The position numbers were made by a program, and so were the translations under genes. A DNA stretch of 64,000 nucleotides from an uncultured Bacteroidales bacterium. Lineage in GTDB: Bacteria; Bacteroidota; Bacteroidia; Bacteroidales; UBA10428. How positions within the stretch are numbered: position 1 is the first letter of the stretch; every line of letters starts with the position of its first letter. Below are positions 61,101 through 64,000 of this stretch, in pieces. The notes under the pieces are model-generated. The model had not been told where the DNA came from. It worked only from the letters and a program-made list of their open reading frames with translations, and made no database searches. The DNA lies in assembly GCA_964560225.1 (NCBI GenBank), contig CAZLLD010000004.1, positions 5,593-69,592 of the forward strand, written 5' to 3'.

Positions 61101-64000
61101 TGCCGATCCGGCATTCAACGACTACCTGAAACTGAGAAGTGACTTCATCAAACAAGTGGTTGATGCGGATTATAAATTCTTCAGCAACAGGAAAAGCAAT
61201 TTCACGGAGCCGAACCCAACAACCGGAATTCATACCGGGGCAACTGGTGTTGCGAAGGCAGTACCTGCATCTTCACCTGCTCAAGCCGATTCAGGCATAA
61301 AAGATGCGCTTTATAAAAAGATTGAGTCGATGACTGGTTTTTCTGCCGATGGCTTCAGGGATGACATGAAACTTCTTGACGACTTTAACCTGGATAGCAT
61401 CAAGTCAGGTTCTCTGCTTGCCGGATTGTTGAAAAGCATAAATGCAACCGGCAAAGTCAATACGTCGGAATTTTCCAATGCATCATTGGGAGAAATTGTC
61501 AGTAAGCTGAACAAGCTGGTTCCTGAGCAACAACAGGCGACAGCTGTCCCTGCTGCCGCTGTACCAGATAAGCCGCAGAAAAATATCTCCGATATAATCA
61601 ACAGCATTCTGGCTGAAAGAACAGGATTTCCTAAAGACAGCATTCAACCTGATTTCAAATTGCTGGATGATCTGAACCTGGACAGTATAAAGGCGGGTTC
61701 GTTTGTGGCCGAAATCTCAAAACAGTTCGGAATACAAGGAAAGATTGGCGCTTCAAAAGTTGCCAATGCCAAGGTTGAGGATTTGGTAAGGATGGTTAGT
61801 GAACTGGTTTCAGAAAACCCGGTTCCCAACAGCAAGTCAGATGAATTGTCAAATCAAGACAATTGGGTTAATGCGTATTCAGTGAAGCTAACCGAATCTC
61901 CTTCAGCAGTTACCCAACAGGCAGCGATGGAATTCTGGAAGAACAAAAGCATCGTGGTTGTTCACCATGCCGAAGATGAGAAAGTTGCTGCCAGCCTGGG
62001 CCAGGTTTTGAAATCAAGGATTTCCAAAGTGATTTCAGTTAAGAGCAAAGATTTACCTATGCTGCATTCACTTGAAAATGCTTGTTTTTTAGTTTTGTTA
62101 CCCGATTTGGCTATTAATGGCAAAAATACTGAACAGATTGTTTCCCTTCTGGCTGATGTAGCCGGGAATATGAGTGAGGTATCCATGGTGGGTTTTGTGC
62201 AGCATAACGATGGTTGTTTTTCAAGAAATGTACGGATGCCTGCAGAATCAAAAGCGGCATACAGTGCGGTTGGTTTTGCTGCGAGCGTGCATCATGAAAG
62301 GCCGGATATGAGGATACGGGTTGTTGAGGTGAGCCGGAAACTTCCGGTGGAATTGATACCGGATATCTTCATGAATGAATTTGCAACTGAAGAATCCTTT
62401 ATGACTGCGGGATATGACGCTGATTTGGTAAGACGCCGCATGCAATATGAGCCTGCCGTCACCGGTAAATTGCTGAAAGAATATGGTGGTTTTATAGATG
62501 AAAATGATGTGGTTGTGGCTACCGGTGGAGCCAAGGGAATCACGGCTGAATGCGTATTTTCATTGGTCCAAAAATACAAATGCAGGATTGCTCTTGTAGG
62601 TAGTTCTCCTGAAAACGATGAAGTCAGGAATACCCTGTCAAGGTATACAGCCTCGGGTCTTACAGCCCGGTATTTTGCCTGTGATATCAGCAACGAGGCA
62701 CAGGTTAATGAATTAATTTTCAAAATTCAGGAAAGTCTGGGCAAGGTTACGGCATTAATTCACGGAGCCGGAAGAAATATTCCGCGAAGGGCTGAGCAGG
62801 TGACGGCCGGTGAGGCAATGAATGAAATAGCACCCAAACTTAAAGGAGCAATTAATTTGCTGCATGCGCTTAAGGGCAATCAGCTGAAGCATGTTGTTGC
62901 CCTCACCTCCATTATTGGGGTTACCGGCATGCCGGGCAACAGCTGGTATGCTTTTTCAAATGAAACACTCGATCTTTTGCTTAGAGCTTTTAGCAACAGC
63001 AAAAATTGCAGAACAAGAACCCTGGCTTACAGTATTTGGGATGAAGTAGGAATGGGAGCCCGCATGGGCAGCACAAAAGTGCTTGCCGGAATGGGCATTG
63101 GTTCTATTGCACCATCCCTGGGTGTGGAGCAATTTCTGCGCTGGTTTGAACATGAAAACAGCGACCAGCAGGTAGTTATTTCCTCGCGTATGGGAGGCCT
63201 CGATACCTGGTACCAGGCTACACCGAAATTGTCTGAGGCCAGAAGGTATATCTCCGATATCAGGCACCTGGAGCAGGGAAAGGAATTAACCACGCGGGTA
63301 AGACTGAACCGTAAGGATGATCTTTATATTGACGATCACAATTACAACGGTTCACTGCTGTTCCCTACGGTATTCGGACTTGAAGCCATGGCGCAGGCTG
63401 CCTGCCTGCTGGCCGGGGCCGAAAAAGTCAATCATCTTGTTTTTGAAAATGTTTCACTGCTCAGGCCGATTGTGGTGCCTGAAACAGGAGATATGGAAGT
63501 TGAAATTACTGCGCGTGTCATGGAAGGAACGGTTAATTCGGACCAGCCGGTCAGGATATTTGCCGGAATCACCACGGAATATGCAGAAACGGGTTTTAAT
63601 AGTTTCTCTGCCGAGATCATTATCGGAACAAAGTCTGAGGCAATCCAAAAAACCATTGAACTGCGTGAAGCGCCATTGAAAATAAGTCCCGAAAGTGATT
63701 TGTACACCTGGTTGTTGTTCCAGGGACCTAGGTTCAGGAACATCAGCAAAGTGTATGATTTGAGCAAGGAAAGTGTCACCTTCACTGCAAGTGCGGTTCA
63801 AAAAGATCCTGCCGAAGCATGTTTTTCGGAATCGTGCCGGTCACCCTTGCTCCTTGGAAGCCCGTTGTTCAGGGATATCCTGTTGCAATCGGTACAGCTC
63901 TTCCTAACCGGTAAAAAGTATTTGCCGGTCGGAATCAAACGTTGGGAGATCCATGATATCGCCCGACAATTCAATGGGGGTACAATTAAAAGCATCCTGA
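58180..64000 (+). CDS. Type I polyketide / PUFA-synthase-like megasynthase, PfaA-type (KS-AT-ACP-ACP-KR-DH), C-terminus beyond the window
   Basis: My manual translation from ATG 58180 found no stop through 63999 (1,940 codons). Motifs and residues:
- KS: IAVVGLGCYYPGA, DGACSSS (Cys220), EGHGTGT (His353), GHTKAAAG (His394), GFGGINSH.
- AT: FPGQGSQ, GHSLGE (Ser697), AAFHS.
- Two ACPs: DDFNLDSIKS (Ser1073) and DDLNLDSIKA (Ser1169).
- KR: ATGGAKGIT (1447-1455) and YAFSN (Tyr1590).
- DH: HNYNGSLLFP (His1720, HxxxGxxxxP).
It is absent from the ORF track because no stop lies in the window. Confidence 0.9.
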   Translation, partial: MKNVKLNPLERNGDIAVVGLGCYYPGAKSPLELWENILARRQQFRKMPDVRLPNSEYFNPDPVVPNKTYQNKAAVIEGYEFDWMGKRIPRQTYESTDIVHWLALDTALQAIADTGFDKDSIPKEKTGVILGNTLTGEFTRSNQMLLRWPYVRKALKASAAQKGLTHVLGELEGAMESYYKSVFAPVTEDTLAGGLANTVAGRICNYLDLHGGGYIVDGACSSSLLAVVTAANYLESGQMDMVIAGGVDISLDTFELVGFAKTRALTPDEMRVYDKGGKGFLPGEGCGMVILKRLEDAIKDNDQIYAVVKGWGISSDGKGGITAPSAAGQSRALIRAHEKAGLNPENLDFIEGHGTGTTVGDKVELEGISIALNHKEKLPPRSCGVTSFKSIVGHTKAAAGIGAFIKTVMALNRRVLPPTAGLKDLNDIFEEKAQTVYPIIHGQVRDSGSTLIAGVSAMGFGGINSHVVVQSGTSPNPKLNPGLPESKLMVSNQTHELYLFSAGSRNELIEGLKQFQQKASGMSYAEMADLAFHNNLQTNSDKQFRAAMVAHTPFELDRKIETLMEQVGKWNETDPISLENNSISLGRKKKNPVIGALFPGQGSQKLNMTYKLVERHNWIRETVNKASELFNSCGSDQVLSSVFKTTDRAADKQEVASWMNRLKQTQIAQPAITLASLVWYKFIEQLGIPINYVSGHSLGELMAFYAAGLLSEETLLRFAAFRGKSMAEFGSGTMASLACNKDRVEKYLKEVDGYVTIANINAPEQIVISGDADSVRMVIALAAKDQVNAIELPVSAAFHSKLVAEVAEEIIKYDQLKVAGPGKNSIKLISSVSGKEIDEAVDLNAYFSTQAVHQVDFISVVKHLEEQCDLLIEIGPGKVLSGLVSNISDKIKAFPVELNSADDFSWNIMLANTFVLGCEISIHEIYKNRLIRDFTPAHEKKFLVNPLERPFPDEPAMTENDLTSGIGALLGFGNADPAFNDYLKLRSDFIKQVVDADYKFFSNRKSNFTEPNPTTGIHTGATGVAKAVPASSPAQADSGIKDALYKKIESMTGFSADGFRDDMKLLDDFNLDSIKSGSLLAGLLKSINATGKVNTSEFSNASLGEIVSKLNKLVPEQQQATAVPAAAVPDKPQKNISDIINSILAERTGFPKDSIQPDFKLLDDLNLDSIKAGSFVAEISKQFGIQGKIGASKVANAKVEDLVRMVSELVSENPVPNSKSDELSNQDNWVNAYSVKLTESPSAVTQQAAMEFWKNKSIVVVHHAEDEKVAASLGQVLKSRISKVISVKSKDLPMLHSLENACFLVLLPDLAINGKNTEQIVSLLADVAGNMSEVSMVGFVQHNDGCFSRNVRMPAESKAAYSAVGFAASVHHERPDMRIRVVEVSRKLPVELIPDIFMNEFATEESFMTAGYDADLVRRRMQYEPAVTGKLLKEYGGFIDENDVVVATGGAKGITAECVFSLVQKYKCRIALVGSSPENDEVRNTLSRYTASGLTARYFACDISNEAQVNELIFKIQESLGKVTALIHGAGRNIPRRAEQVTAGEAMNEIAPKLKGAINLLHALKGNQLKHVVALTSIIGVTGMPGNSWYAFSNETLDLLLRAFSNSKNCRTRTLAYSIWDEVGMGARMGSTKVLAGMGIGSIAPSLGVEQFLRWFEHENSDQQVVISSRMGGLDTWYQATPKLSEARRYISDIRHLEQGKELTTRVRLNRKDDLYIDDHNYNGSLLFPTVFGLEAMAQAACLLAGAEKVNHLVFENVSLLRPIVVPETGDMEVEITARVMEGTVNSDQPVRIFAGITTEYAETGFNSFSAEIIIGTKSEAIQKTIELREAPLKISPESDLYTWLLFQGPRFRNISKVYDLSKESVTFTASAVQKDPAEACFSESCRSPLLLGSPLFRDILLQSVQLFLTGKKYLPVGIKRWEIHDIARQFNGGTIKSIL

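Noticed and set aside
58264-63995. About 25 short ORFs in the track across the last 5.8 kb (for example 58849..59301 -, 59347..59727 -, 60841..61233 -, 62292..62723 -, 63317..63679 +).
   Set aside because: All lie in other frames or antisense within the continuous KS-AT-ACP-ACP-KR-DH reading frame that starts at 58180. None carries a recognisable motif.

Overview
This is a chromosomal segment of roughly mid-40s percent GC (judged by eye) that looks Bacteroidota-like. The evidence for that is TAnnTTTG-type promoter boxes, no obvious Shine-Dalgarno sequences, and an RprY-like two-component pair, TolC/HlyD, Omp85 and FadL-type outer-membrane proteins. Most of the window is densely packed housekeeping genes: prs-rplY(ctc)-pth, engB-manA, folC, ppk1, gdhA, recR, hisS and tRNA-Val(TAC). 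There is also a hemicellulose-debranching block with three tandem CE1-type esterases, a 1288-aa multidomain GH3, an SSF symporter and a GH51 arabinofuranosidase. I saw no rRNA, CRISPR array, transposase or integrase.

The most important feature is missing from the supplied ORF track. From ATG 58180 the + strand stays open in one frame to the window end (more than 1,940 codons). It encodes a type I megasynthase with the domain order KS-AT-ACP-ACP-KR-DH, which is PfaA / PUFA-synthase-like ('secondary lipid' synthase). It lies about 55 bp downstream of a (GTATT/GTGTT)n pentanucleotide tract. The track shows only short out-of-frame or antisense ORFs across this region.

The second notable layer is intergenic. 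At least four repeat families recur across the window:
- a CCTGCCTGCCGGCAGGCAGG palindrome;
- GTCATTGCGA...TCGCAATGAC elements, including a roughly 120-bp pair in inverted orientation;
- a CCTTCAAG...CTTGAAGG hairpin;
- short-period (5, 7, 8, 9 or 14 bp) degenerate tandem arrays.

Related composite modules lie downstream of prs and of the ribokinase-like gene.

All functional calls rest on motifs read by eye. No database search was possible.
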